Assembly (NCBI GenBank): GCA_052034955.1
Contig: JBPOHZ010000015.1
Location: forward strand, 26,998 to 90,997
Direction: 5' to 3'
Length of the DNA stretch: 64,000 nucleotides
DNA from: Candidatus Saccharimonadota bacterium
GTDB taxonomy: Bacteria; Patescibacteriota; Saccharimonadia; Saccharimonadales; AWTP1-31
The notes under the pieces are model-generated. The model saw only the letters and a list, made by a program, of their open reading frames with translations. It had not been told where the DNA came from and did no database searches. Made by a program: the position numbers and the translations under genes. Shown here piece by piece: positions 9,221 through 18,726 of this stretch; within the stretch, counting starts at the first letter, position 1, and every line of letters starts with the position of its first letter.

Positions 9221-10134
9221 TTATAACTTTAACCGGCAGTAACGCTTATCTTCTTCAGTCCGAGCTTCGTAGAATAACAAACCAATTTATATCTACTTCT
9301 GGCGATATGGGCCTAGAGCGAGTAGATGCAGGGCAGGTGGAATATACGCGGATTATCGAGGTTGTGCATGCGCTGCCATTTCTAGCCGACAAGAGACTTG
9401 TGATTATCGATGGCCCAGCTAACAATAAGCAGTTAGCAGAGAATATTGCAGATTTACTTGTAGCAATAGATGACCTGACGGATGTTGTATTTACCGAACC
9501 CAAGTTCGACAAACGTAGTTTGCTGTATAAGACTCTTAACAAAAAAACAGATTACAAAGAGTTCAACGAATTAGATGACTCTAAAATGGCAAACTGGTTA
9601 AGTCAGTATGCCAAAGAACAAGATGGCCAACTAAGCTCATCCGATGCCCGATATTTAATACAAAGAGTGGGTCTCAACCAGCTTAGGCTAAAGAACGAAT
9701 TGGATAAATTGGTTAGCTTTAATAAAAATGTAGATCGCAACGGCATTAATCTTCTAGTTGCCCCTAACCCCGACAGCAAGGTCTTTGACTTGTTGGATGC
9801 TGCGCTGTCGGGACAACCAAAGAAAGCAATGGAACTATACGCCGAACAAAGACTACAGAAAGTTGAGCCGCAAGCTATTCTGGCGCTATTTGCATGGCAA
9901 CTCCATGTACTGGCTGTCGTTAAATCAGCAGGCAATAGACAGAGTGATGCGGTCACTAAAGACTCCAAACTCAACCCATTCGTGATTCGTAAGTCTGCCG
10001 GTCTTGCTCGACGATTATCTGCCGAAGAGTTAAAATCGTTGATCCGCAGAACACTCGAGTTAGACATTAAGCTCAAAACAGAATCTATAGACGCAGATAC
10101 AGCAATGCAAAACTTGCTTGTAGGCATTGCCTAA
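9217..10134 (+). CDS. holA: DNA polymerase III delta subunit
   Basis: The ATG at 9217 overlaps the mutM stop (ATGA). Delta-like N-terminus MIITLTGSNAYLLQSEL and a C-terminal helical domain. Confidence 0.7.
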   Translation: MIITLTGSNAYLLQSELRRITNQFISTSGDMGLERVDAGQVEYTRIIEVVHALPFLADKRLVIIDGPANNKQLAENIADLLVAIDDLTDVVFTEPKFDKRSLLYKTLNKKTDYKEFNELDDSKMANWLSQYAKEQDGQLSSSDARYLIQRVGLNQLRLKNELDKLVSFNKNVDRNGINLLVAPNPDSKVFDLLDAALSGQPKKAMELYAEQRLQKVEPQAILALFAWQLHVLAVVKSAGNRQSDAVTKDSKLNPFVIRKSAGLARRLSAEELKSLIRRTLELDIKLKTESIDADTAMQNLLVGIA

Positions 10135-11530
10135 TACGTATAAATATGTTAAAATAGTACTTAATATGAGCGCATATTCTGCCGAAGTTAATTACGGACT
10201 ATTGCTTGATTCTGTTGCCGAAACTGCTCAGGTCATGGATGTGTTAAGGCCGACCTCGGTTCAGGTTTGTAGGGACACTTTTGGCTTGCGCGCAATCGAG
10301 GCAGTAGCAATTGCTGACCATGCCGAAGTATATGGACCGATAATTGGTAAAGCAATTGCATCAGTCTCGCTTATGATGCAGGGCCAAGAAAACGTAGGTA
10401 ATCTTTCTGGAAGCCAAAAGTTTGGGCCACGGATGGTTGCCAGAAGGGTCGCTAGGCCTACTAAGTTTCACCGTGAAACTGCCGATTTCGAGCTAAAAGA
10501 GCTTAGGCGTGAACTAAGAACTATGAGCGGGGACTATCCTGCCGATTTCGAAGCTTCAGTATCGGATATCCTGGACTATGATGGGGCGCTAAAGGAAGAG
10601 GCCGATCTATGGCTTGGTGATAATGGGTTAAGCCAGGATCCACTACCCTACACTAGATGGATTAACCGACATTGGTCCGACGATTCGGCAGACAAAAGCC
10701 GGCTGAGGCTTATCCGCGCGAATAAACGCCAAATAACCGAACTCCAAGGAAGCGAAGAAGTACAGCAGGGAATAGCCGAATCTAAAAGACGGTGGATGGA
10801 AAGAACAGAAGAATTAGTAGACGAAGGAGTCTTTCACCCTTCGATTATAAAAAGGCATAAACGCCTGGCCAAGACAGGTGTATTTGTTGGGGACGATTTT
10901 TCTATCCACCTTTCTGGCAGGGGCGGATATGCCAGATCGGACAGAAACTTAGTAGCTGTCGGGAAAAGCATACTTGTAAATCCAAACGGAAGTAATTACC
11001 AAAGGACGGTGTTGCCGCATGAATACTATCATATTGCTGGCAATGGACGAGATACTAGAATGGCTCAGCTTGCAATGCATGTCACATCATTAGATAACAA
11101 CTTTGCTTATGAGGCATTGACTCAAATTGGAGCCGAAGTCATAGAGCTGGGAGTAGATCCTGGTGTTGTAGATCAACAAACTCACGCCTACCTTGCCTAT
11201 AAAGGGATAATAAACTGGATAGTTACTACCGCACAAAGCAGGGGCGTAGATATTTCACCTAAAAGGTTACTTTATGCCGATACCGCCCCCAATGAAGATA
11301 GGGTCAAGGCATCAAGGGTTATAGATAAAGACCTGGAAGGTGCACTGGGAATTTCTAGAGACGGTTCTAGTACCTTCAAGGCAGTACAAGTATCTTTGAA
11401 TGCATATGTGGAGAGGTTTAAAACGGCCAATGCCTCAGAAGCTCGGCTAGGTTCGGTTAGAGATCAGGGCGCCAAGGTGATACTATCTCGGCTCATTGAG
11501 TACGGCCGACTACCTGTAAATTGGAACTAA
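10127..11530 (+). CDS. hypothetical protein with HExxH zincin-like motif
   Basis: 467 aa, no signal peptide. Contains PHEYYHIAG (HExxH) with a downstream acidic residue; otherwise unrecognised. Confidence 0.5.
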   Translation: MPNTYKYVKIVLNMSAYSAEVNYGLLLDSVAETAQVMDVLRPTSVQVCRDTFGLRAIEAVAIADHAEVYGPIIGKAIASVSLMMQGQENVGNLSGSQKFGPRMVARRVARPTKFHRETADFELKELRRELRTMSGDYPADFEASVSDILDYDGALKEEADLWLGDNGLSQDPLPYTRWINRHWSDDSADKSRLRLIRANKRQITELQGSEEVQQGIAESKRRWMERTEELVDEGVFHPSIIKRHKRLAKTGVFVGDDFSIHLSGRGGYARSDRNLVAVGKSILVNPNGSNYQRTVLPHEYYHIAGNGRDTRMAQLAMHVTSLDNNFAYEALTQIGAEVIELGVDPGVVDQQTHAYLAYKGIINWIVTTAQSRGVDISPKRLLYADTAPNEDRVKASRVIDKDLEGALGISRDGSSTFKAVQVSLNAYVERFKTANASEARLGSVRDQGAKVILSRLIEYGRLPVNWN

Positions 11531-11599
11531 TAGTAACAGACTTGCCAAAATTGCAACATTGTGCTAATGTATAACCAAGGTTCACAAAAATAAAAAAAT

Positions 11600-12022
11600 A
11601 TGCAATCTAACGTATCACTCGCACGGACATCGGTAAGCGCAAACAGGCTAGAGCAAGCATTGCGTGACCAAGAAAGACTCAGAGCAATTTTCGATACTCA
11701 AGCAAACTTGGGTGATAAGTTGTCAGAGCACCCACTAGCTGCCAAGCTCCTTGGTGGGGTGGCCACCAAGTATCTACGCGCATCCCAAGAAAGGGCACAT
11801 CAAAATGCACCAGCCGAGCAGGCTAGTGACAGAGCTCAAGGTGTAGATGGCTTTGCTGAGTCAGAAGTATATGCGGCAAATATAAGATCTTCTAAGGCTA
11901 CTGCTGAGCAGGTTGGAGCACACGCTCAGAACCTTCCTAGGCCAGATTTACCAAAGATCACCGAGGCCCCACAGGCTGTCGGGCAAGTTGCCGAGCAGAC
12001 AAAGGAAATGGCCGGGGTTTAA
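11600..12022 (+). CDS. hypothetical protein (140 aa, Ala/Gln-rich)
   Basis: ORF only; low-complexity composition. Confidence 0.35.
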   Translation: MQSNVSLARTSVSANRLEQALRDQERLRAIFDTQANLGDKLSEHPLAAKLLGGVATKYLRASQERAHQNAPAEQASDRAQGVDGFAESEVYAANIRSSKATAEQVGAHAQNLPRPDLPKITEAPQAVGQVAEQTKEMAGV

Positions 12023-12379
12023 TTACTTCTTAGAAATAGTCTTTTTTGCAGGAGCTTTTTTAGCCACAGTCTTCTTGGCAGCAGGCTTGGCAGCGGCTTT
12101 CTTTGGAGCAGAAGTCTTAGTTTTGCTGGCAGGTTTAACACCGGCAGCTTTTGCAGCACGGGCAAGCTGAGCTTTTTTGCGTGCGGCCTTGTTTTTACTG
12201 ATAACACCTTTTTTAACAGCTAGGTCGATAGCACTCTGTGCGCTGTTGGCGTTGTTGCCGGTGATGCTAGCGTGGAAGCTTTTGATTGCTTCGCGCAATG
12301 TTCGCTTGGTTTTGCTGTTGCGAGTTGCGGCTTTGGTAGCAGTTCGGACACGTTTTTTAGCTGACTTGATAATTGGCAT
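12023..12379 (-). CDS. rpsT: 30S ribosomal protein S20 with a Lys/Ala-rich C-terminal extension
   Basis: MPIIKSAKKRVRT... is the canonical S20 N-terminus. An extra AKKAAAKPAAKK tail is appended. Confidence 0.85.
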   Translation of the reverse strand: MPIIKSAKKRVRTATKAATRNSKTKRTLREAIKSFHASITGNNANSAQSAIDLAVKKGVISKNKAARKKAQLARAAKAAGVKPASKTKTSAPKKAAAKPAAKKTVAKKAPAKKTISKK

Positions 12380-12539
12380 GAATTTTTCCTTATTCTTGTT
12401 AAAAGATTGTTTTCTTTATCTGACTACTATAACAGATAGCGACCCCAATAACAATACTCTAGACAGGGCATATAGGTTATGGTATTCTTCGACTAGATTT
12501 TCTAAAATAAAACAAAAAGAAGAGTCAAAAGAGTAAGCT

Positions 12540-14423
12540 ATGGATCCAGCTACACCACTTCAACCATACACACCACCAAGCGATGCTAGCCAGGCAAGTG
12601 TATCTGGCATGTCGGGGATGGCTGCAGTTCCTGCTCCACCGCCGATGCCATCTAGCCCGCAAGTTGGAACTCCTATGCCACCGATAGTGCCAGGTCAACC
12701 TTATCTAAGTACATCGACACCACCACTTGCACCACCGGTCTCTCCAGCGGTTCCGACTTTTGATAATAGTGGAGTTCCAATGACTCCGCTTCCACCCGAC
12801 GCCGGCATGCCTGTTGCACCACCTGTGGGCGTAGACGTAAAGTCGGAAGTCGTAGAAAGCCTGCGAAAGGCAAATAACGTTTTAGTTACAGTTAGTAGCA
12901 ATCCAACTGTTGATCAGTTGGCAGCCGCAATTGGAATAACACTTGTACTTAACAAGTTAGATAAGCACGCAACAGCTGTATATAGTGGCGAGACACCATC
13001 TGTCTTGGAATTCTTGCAACCCGAAAAGACTATCGAGAAAAACACTGACAGTCTACGAGATTTCATCATTGCTCTAGATAAAGCCAAAGCAGATAAGCTT
13101 CGTTACAAAGTAGAAGATAAGTTTGTAAAGATCTTTATAACCCCTTATCACACTAGTTTGACGGAAAGCGATCTCGAATTTAGCCAAGGTGATTTCAATG
13201 TCGATGTTATATTGGCGCTAGGTGTCCACCAAAGGGAAGAATTAGACCAATCTATTACGGCTCATGGTCGTATATTGCACGATGCAGTAACGATTAGTAT
13301 AAACAACAAACAGCCATCAGATCTTGGAGCCATAAATTGGTTCCAGGCCGAGGCAAGTAGTTTGGCTGAAATGCTAGTCAGTTTAGTAGAACCCTTGCAG
13401 GGAGACAAAATACTTCTTGATGAGCAGATCGCAACCTCATTCCTAACAGGTGTAGTCGCCGAAACAGAGCGATTTAGTAACAACAAGACCACACCGTTCA
13501 CCATGAACATTTCAGCCACTCTTATGAAGGCTGGAGCAAATCAACAGCTGGTATCTAGTAAGTTGGAGGCCCCTCAACCAGTCCCAGAAGCTAAAGCCGA
13601 ACAACCAACTCCAGCAGCCAATGGAACAATACCTGTTCCAAGTGCCTCAAACGATGGCTCTCTTGCTATAGAACATGACAAAGAGAAAGAGAAAGAAGAA
13701 AATAAACCAACTAAGACTCTTCAGGATCTTGAAAAAGAGAATAATTCTCATGGAGACGAGGAAGGCGATAGTGATCTGGCCAAGATCCATATTGATGAAC
13801 AAGGAGAATTAGTCCCGGCTGACAAGCCAGCTCCTCCAGCTTCGCCGTCTAATATGATATTGCAACCACCAACTATGGGCGGAGCAATGACCGCAACGAC
13901 TAAGAGTGAAGATGCGATTCAGCCATCGGTTGATGCTCCACCGGCCGACCAGACCGCGATGCAGCACGCTAAAACGATCAGTCCATTAACTGAAGAGGAG
14001 AAGACTCAGACCCTGTCGGAGATAGAGAAGTCAGTCGATAGCTCGCATATCACCGTAACAGACTCACAAATGCCAACCGCCGAGCAAGCCAGGCAAGCCA
14101 TTGAACAAGCCAGTGCATCGGTTGCCGCCTCTAGACTAGAACCCATAAGTGCTTTAAATGCCCAGCCAATTGATTTAGTGACCCCAACCGAAGCTCCTGC
14201 GCCAACGCCAGCACCAGCACCAGAACCAACACCACCGGCACCCGTTCCTACTCCTGTGTCAACGCCCACACCACTTCCGGCTGGACAGGACTTAACCACT
14301 GAAGATGTTTTCCCAACTCAACTCGTCGGTCCAGACAAAGGTTTGCCTCCAGATCCGACGGCGGCACCAAGTGATCCTACGGCTCCGCCGACTGTTCCAC
14401 CACCATTCATGCCAAACCTCTAA
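12540..14423 (+). CDS. proline-rich protein with a central degenerate DHH-like phosphoesterase fold
   Basis: Motif IV GVVAETERF matches the GIxTDTGxF pattern. The DHH motif is replaced by VHQ, and motif I by SSNPTVD. Pro/Ala/Thr-rich low-complexity flanks. Confidence 0.55.
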   Translation: MDPATPLQPYTPPSDASQASVSGMSGMAAVPAPPPMPSSPQVGTPMPPIVPGQPYLSTSTPPLAPPVSPAVPTFDNSGVPMTPLPPDAGMPVAPPVGVDVKSEVVESLRKANNVLVTVSSNPTVDQLAAAIGITLVLNKLDKHATAVYSGETPSVLEFLQPEKTIEKNTDSLRDFIIALDKAKADKLRYKVEDKFVKIFITPYHTSLTESDLEFSQGDFNVDVILALGVHQREELDQSITAHGRILHDAVTISINNKQPSDLGAINWFQAEASSLAEMLVSLVEPLQGDKILLDEQIATSFLTGVVAETERFSNNKTTPFTMNISATLMKAGANQQLVSSKLEAPQPVPEAKAEQPTPAANGTIPVPSASNDGSLAIEHDKEKEKEENKPTKTLQDLEKENNSHGDEEGDSDLAKIHIDEQGELVPADKPAPPASPSNMILQPPTMGGAMTATTKSEDAIQPSVDAPPADQTAMQHAKTISPLTEEEKTQTLSEIEKSVDSSHITVTDSQMPTAEQARQAIEQASASVAASRLEPISALNAQPIDLVTPTEAPAPTPAPAPEPTPPAPVPTPVSTPTPLPAGQDLTTEDVFPTQLVGPDKGLPPDPTAAPSDPTAPPTVPPPFMPNL

Positions 14424-14429
14424 GAGCTA

Positions 14430-14458
14430 TAGACGGATATCAGTATTTGTAGTATAAT
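14430..14458 (+). promoter_or_regulatory. sigma70-like promoter giving a leaderless or very short-leader mRNA
   Basis: TATTTGTAGTATAAT extended -10 at 14444-14458. The ATG at 14466 lies only 7 nt downstream. Confidence 0.45.
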
Positions 14459-14465
14459 ATGATAA

Positions 14466-15062
14466 ATGAGTGACCTCTTAGCGGGTGAATCCTGCCAACT
14501 ACCGTATTTTCCTGCTTCTTACGACGCTGTCGCTAGTGGAGAAATTCCTGCTACTTCGGCAATTCACATGGATGTTAAAGATTTTGATAGATTTCCTGTA
14601 TTTCCGCTTGGAATAGCAAACAGCCAAGAAGGTAGGCAATGTCTTGAGGTCGTAGACACTGATTTGCAGCCTGGCATGATTCCGCTAGATAGTCTCCCTG
14701 GGATAAGAAACATGGGTAAGAAGATTATACTTTGGAATTTTAAGCAATCATTGCCTGATGCCCCCCAGGCTGCTGAACAAATCCGAAGGGTTGTAGTGCC
14801 AAAATCCATTATGTGGGGAGTACATCCTGGTCATGCAGGTGTTGAGTTGCCAGACGGAACGTCTATTCCTCCACAGAATCCAGATTATTACTTAGTTTGC
14901 GACCAGGTAGGTTCGGGTAGAATGACAAGTCGAAATCTGTATGTTCCATCGAGATTTGATGGTCAAGTAAGCCAAAAAGCATTCTCTTTTAGAAGAATCA
15001 TTGGTTTACTTGGTGATCCTCGGCATAACTTGGAATATCAGGCCGAGCATGGATTACACTAA
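14466..15062 (+). CDS. hypothetical protein
   Basis: ORF directly after a promoter-like element; no motif. Confidence 0.45.
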   Translation: MSDLLAGESCQLPYFPASYDAVASGEIPATSAIHMDVKDFDRFPVFPLGIANSQEGRQCLEVVDTDLQPGMIPLDSLPGIRNMGKKIILWNFKQSLPDAPQAAEQIRRVVVPKSIMWGVHPGHAGVELPDGTSIPPQNPDYYLVCDQVGSGRMTSRNLYVPSRFDGQVSQKAFSFRRIIGLLGDPRHNLEYQAEHGLH

Positions 15063-15753
15063 GTCTATGAGCCAGCCGCTAGATCAGGTTATATTAATCG
15101 ACAAACCAAAAGAGTGGACTAGTTTTGATGTGGTTGGAAAGATTCGTTACCAGATTAGTAAACAACTAGGGAAGCGAGTTAAGGTTGGCCACGCCGGTAC
15201 GCTCGATCCCTTAGCCACTGGTCTATTGATTATTTTGGTTGGCAAAGCCACCAAGAGACAAGATTCATATATGAAGCAGGATAAAATCTACGAAGTTGTC
15301 ATGAAACTCGGTCAAACCAGCACTACAGCCGATGAAGAGGGCCAAAAAACGATAGTTTCCGATCACCAACCAGAACAGAAAGTGGTCATAGACGCCGTAA
15401 ACTCATTTTTAGGAACCATTTCTCAGGTTCCACCGGCCTACTCAGCTATTAAAATAGATGGTCAGAGGGCATATAAGCTAGCTAGAGAGGGTAAAGAGGT
15501 TAAAATCGAACCTCGAACTGTCACCATCCATTTAATTGATGATATAGCTTATGAATACCCCATAGTCAGCTTTACGGCCAATGTTTCTAGCGGTACCTAC
15601 ATTAGGTCGTTGGTTACCGATATTGGCGAAGCCCTAAAGACTGGTGCCTACATGACAAATTTGCGACGTACTTCAATCGGAGACTTTAGCGTCAGCGATG
15701 CTACCGCTCCCGAAGACGCTATAACAGAGGTGGCTATTACCACTGACAGGTGA
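15049..15753 (+). CDS. truB: tRNA pseudouridine(55) synthase
   Basis: Motifs LIDKP...SFDVV and HAGTLDPLATGLLII, including the catalytic Asp. Confidence 0.85.
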   Translation: MDYTKSMSQPLDQVILIDKPKEWTSFDVVGKIRYQISKQLGKRVKVGHAGTLDPLATGLLIILVGKATKRQDSYMKQDKIYEVVMKLGQTSTTADEEGQKTIVSDHQPEQKVVIDAVNSFLGTISQVPPAYSAIKIDGQRAYKLAREGKEVKIEPRTVTIHLIDDIAYEYPIVSFTANVSSGTYIRSLVTDIGEALKTGAYMTNLRRTSIGDFSVSDATAPEDAITEVAITTDR

Positions 15754-15765
15754 TACAGTAACGAG

Positions 15766-17418
15766 ATGGTTATTTCAGTCGATATCGCCGAAAAATCTTT
15801 CGGCAACAACTCTTTGTATCAAGATCTTCAATTGGATATTCAAGACGGCGAGAAAATTGGCCTAATTGGGCGTAATGGTACTGGCAAAACGACGCTTCTC
15901 CACATGATGACCGGTGAGGACACTGATTACGACGGAACTGTTCATGCCAAAAAGGGGACAATTATTATTGGATCGCGTCAGGAGCATCACGGATTCGAGG
16001 ATATGTCAGTTCTGGAGTACATTTTGTCCGACTTGCCAGAGTATGCCGAGCACAAACATATCCTCGACACCTACCCCGAGAAAATGGGCACTAATAATCG
16101 AATGATGCACCAGTACTCCGACTCCCTCGAACGGTTCAGCCAATTAGGTTATTTCGAGGTAGAGGCCGAGATTGTCGAGGCTCTGCGAGCTTACCAGGTG
16201 GCCGAAGAAATGTCGGCCGGACCACTCAAGAACTTAAGTGGTGGTCAAAAACGGATGGTCGAACTGGTTAAAGTGCAGCGGGCCAGGGCTCACCTAGCTC
16301 TTATCGACGAACCTACTAACCACATGGACTTCGTTGCTAAAAAGGCCTTCCTAAAGTGGTTCAAATCGGCTCGCGAAGCAGTGGTAGTTATTTCTCACGA
16401 CAGAGACGTTTTGCAGGTGGTCGACCGAATTGTCGAAATTCGTGATGGCCAAGCTTTTAGCTTCCCAGGCAATTATGATGACTATCTGCGGATCAACGCC
16501 GCCAAGATGAGCTCTGATGTAACTCAATTTAGTCTTGTTCAACGCCGGATTTCTAACCTAAAGGAAAATGTTATTCGATTCCGCCGCCTAAAGGAACGGT
16601 CCCGTGACCCAGGCACAATTCAACGCTTTAAATCTTTGGAGCAAAAGGCTGTAACTGAGCTTGCTTCCTTAGAAAAAACTGAAATGCCAACTTTTTGGAT
16701 CGACCGTGACTCGGTAGGCGAGCTTAACGAAAAAATGAGCACCGCCTACGAAAAACATAAGGCTAAGAACATTAAGGTAAACGCCAAATCTGCCGAAACC
16801 GAAACCAGTCGTTTGCTGGTCGAAGTTCGAAAGCTTAGCCTGGGTTACACCGATCCACTGTTTAAAGATATTAGTTTTGATTTGCGGGAAGGCGACCGAG
16901 TCAGACTTCATGGCCGTAATGGTGCCGGAAAATCAACCCTTGTTAAGACCGTCATTTCTAAGGTTGAGGACACTTCACCGGAGGCAACCATATTTGATGG
17001 AACAATCGCCTGCGAGCGGGAGCTAAAAATTGGTGTTTATGAGCAAGAAATCGACCCAGAGTATCTGCCATTAACGCTGGCTGGGGCGATAGAAAAAGCC
17101 TATATGGCTAAGGACGTGGCCATTGGTGACCAAAAAGTTAAGCAACTACTGGGTGACTACTTATTTAACCCAGCAACAGATGGTGACGTTCCGCTAACTC
17201 GACTTAGTGGTGGCCAAAAAGCCCGCTTCCAGCTGATGAACATGCTAGCTGGTGACCCTCAGATACTGGTTCTAGATGAACCCACCAACCACTTAGATCT
17301 GCCAAGCATTGAAGAGCTCGAAAACGCCCTGGAAACTTACCACGGAGCAGTAATTTATATTTCTCATGATAGCTACTTTGCCAGGAACGTTGGTGGTAAG
17401 ACTATAGATATCGCTTAA
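15766..17418 (+). CDS. ABC-F family ATPase (two ABC domains, no TM domain)
   Basis: Two Walker A sites (GRNGTGKTT, GRNGAGKST), two LSGGQ signatures, and an inter-domain linker. Confidence 0.85.
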   Translation: MVISVDIAEKSFGNNSLYQDLQLDIQDGEKIGLIGRNGTGKTTLLHMMTGEDTDYDGTVHAKKGTIIIGSRQEHHGFEDMSVLEYILSDLPEYAEHKHILDTYPEKMGTNNRMMHQYSDSLERFSQLGYFEVEAEIVEALRAYQVAEEMSAGPLKNLSGGQKRMVELVKVQRARAHLALIDEPTNHMDFVAKKAFLKWFKSAREAVVVISHDRDVLQVVDRIVEIRDGQAFSFPGNYDDYLRINAAKMSSDVTQFSLVQRRISNLKENVIRFRRLKERSRDPGTIQRFKSLEQKAVTELASLEKTEMPTFWIDRDSVGELNEKMSTAYEKHKAKNIKVNAKSAETETSRLLVEVRKLSLGYTDPLFKDISFDLREGDRVRLHGRNGAGKSTLVKTVISKVEDTSPEATIFDGTIACERELKIGVYEQEIDPEYLPLTLAGAIEKAYMAKDVAIGDQKVKQLLGDYLFNPATDGDVPLTRLSGGQKARFQLMNMLAGDPQILVLDEPTNHLDLPSIEELENALETYHGAVIYISHDSYFARNVGGKTIDIA

Positions 17419-17420
17419 TA

Positions 17421-17449
17421 TTGACACAAAATGTTATTTGTAGTATAAT
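17421..17449 (+). promoter_or_regulatory. consensus sigma70 promoter TTGACA-N17-TATAAT
   Basis: TTGACA at 17421-26, a 17-nt spacer, TATAAT at 17444-49. The ATG at 17460 implies a near-leaderless transcript. Confidence 0.55.
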
Positions 17450-17459
17450 AATATAAATT

Positions 17460-18170
17460 ATGTCTAGAGAAACTGATAAGCAGATCAAGCAGTGGTCACC
17501 TCGCTTCGAGAAAAATGTAACAAGGCTGGCTATTGCTGGTATTTCCGTACTTGGACTTTTTGCCGTCAACAGCACAACTGACGGGGGATTGGTAAGTATT
17601 GCGCCCGATCCAATAAAGGAAGTTTTTCGACCAGCAGCTCTTGGAAGTCTTGTTCGGGGTGAAGATTCTGAAGGCCGTCGGACATTGTCCGGAGAACTAA
17701 ACAACGGAGCATACCCAATCAAAGCAATCGAAGAAGTACTCCGTAAAGAAAAGGTCACACCAGACACTGTTACTGTTGGAGGTGTTAGTGTTGGGACTCT
17801 GATGACAGGCAATCGTGAACAGACTGCAATTTTTACAAGACTTGAAGATTCGTCTGACGTAGTTGTTCGAAAAGACGGTGACAAAACTTTTGTACGGATG
17901 TTCATAGATGAGCCAATGGACGGCATACTTAGCTTTGCTGTCGGTAGAACTCTTGACCCCACACTTGCAAGTGCTGACAGGGTTCAAGAAGACTCTTATG
18001 ATGCGATTGCCGTTGTTATTGGTGAAGGCGACGATAAAGAGATATTTGTCGAACAACCATTAGTACAAGTAACCGATTCTAATGGTAACTGGATTAGTGG
18101 CAGCACTATTCAGAATGAACCCAACCGTGCTCCAGGTGGCATGCAAGCTACTCCAGAAACTACTAGTTAG
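17460..18170 (+). CDS. hypothetical membrane-anchored protein
   Basis: N-terminal TM helix (LAIAGISVLGLFAV); downstream of a consensus promoter. Confidence 0.5.
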   Translation: MSRETDKQIKQWSPRFEKNVTRLAIAGISVLGLFAVNSTTDGGLVSIAPDPIKEVFRPAALGSLVRGEDSEGRRTLSGELNNGAYPIKAIEEVLRKEKVTPDTVTVGGVSVGTLMTGNREQTAIFTRLEDSSDVVVRKDGDKTFVRMFIDEPMDGILSFAVGRTLDPTLASADRVQEDSYDAIAVVIGEGDDKEIFVEQPLVQVTDSNGNWISGSTIQNEPNRAPGGMQATPETTS

Positions 18171-18303
18171 ATTAGTCTGACAACACTTGTCTAATCGGAC
18201 TCTATCTGTTAAAATGTCTTTAACGCCATCGATCTCTTATAAATAAAGTATCTAATTAGAGACCAAGAGTAATTACAGTAATAGTCAATTAAGAAGGAAA
18301 TTA

Positions 18304-18582
18304 ATGATAACAACCGAGAAGAAGCAGAAAGTAATCACCGAACTGCAAAAGAGTAAGAACGACACTGGCAGCAGCGCCGTGCAGGTAGGAATCCTTACTG
18401 AACGAATCAAAGAACTAACCGAGCACCTAAAAGTAAACAAAAAAGACTTTATGGCTCGCCGCGGACTTCTTCAGATGGTAGGTAACCGAAAGCGTCACCT
18501 AAAGTATATTGCCGATCACGACAGTGCCGCATACTTAGCTCTTATCAAAAAGCTTGGTATTCGTCAGACAAAAGCAAAATAA
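18304..18582 (+). CDS. rpsO: 30S ribosomal protein S15
   Basis: LTERI..LTEHLK..KKD..RRGLL..RKRHLKY is the S15 signature. Confidence 0.9.
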   Translation: MITTEKKQKVITELQKSKNDTGSSAVQVGILTERIKELTEHLKVNKKDFMARRGLLQMVGNRKRHLKYIADHDSAAYLALIKKLGIRQTKAK

Positions 18583-18726
18583 TTTGCGTAGACTTTACTG
18601 CTCCTTAACCGGGGCAGGAGCTTGTGCACATTAACTAACAAATACTGTTCGTCGTAGAGCCACAGATATAAGCTATGCATAAGGGCGTATACCTGCACCC
18701 TGCGACGAATAAGTGAGGAGAAAAAT

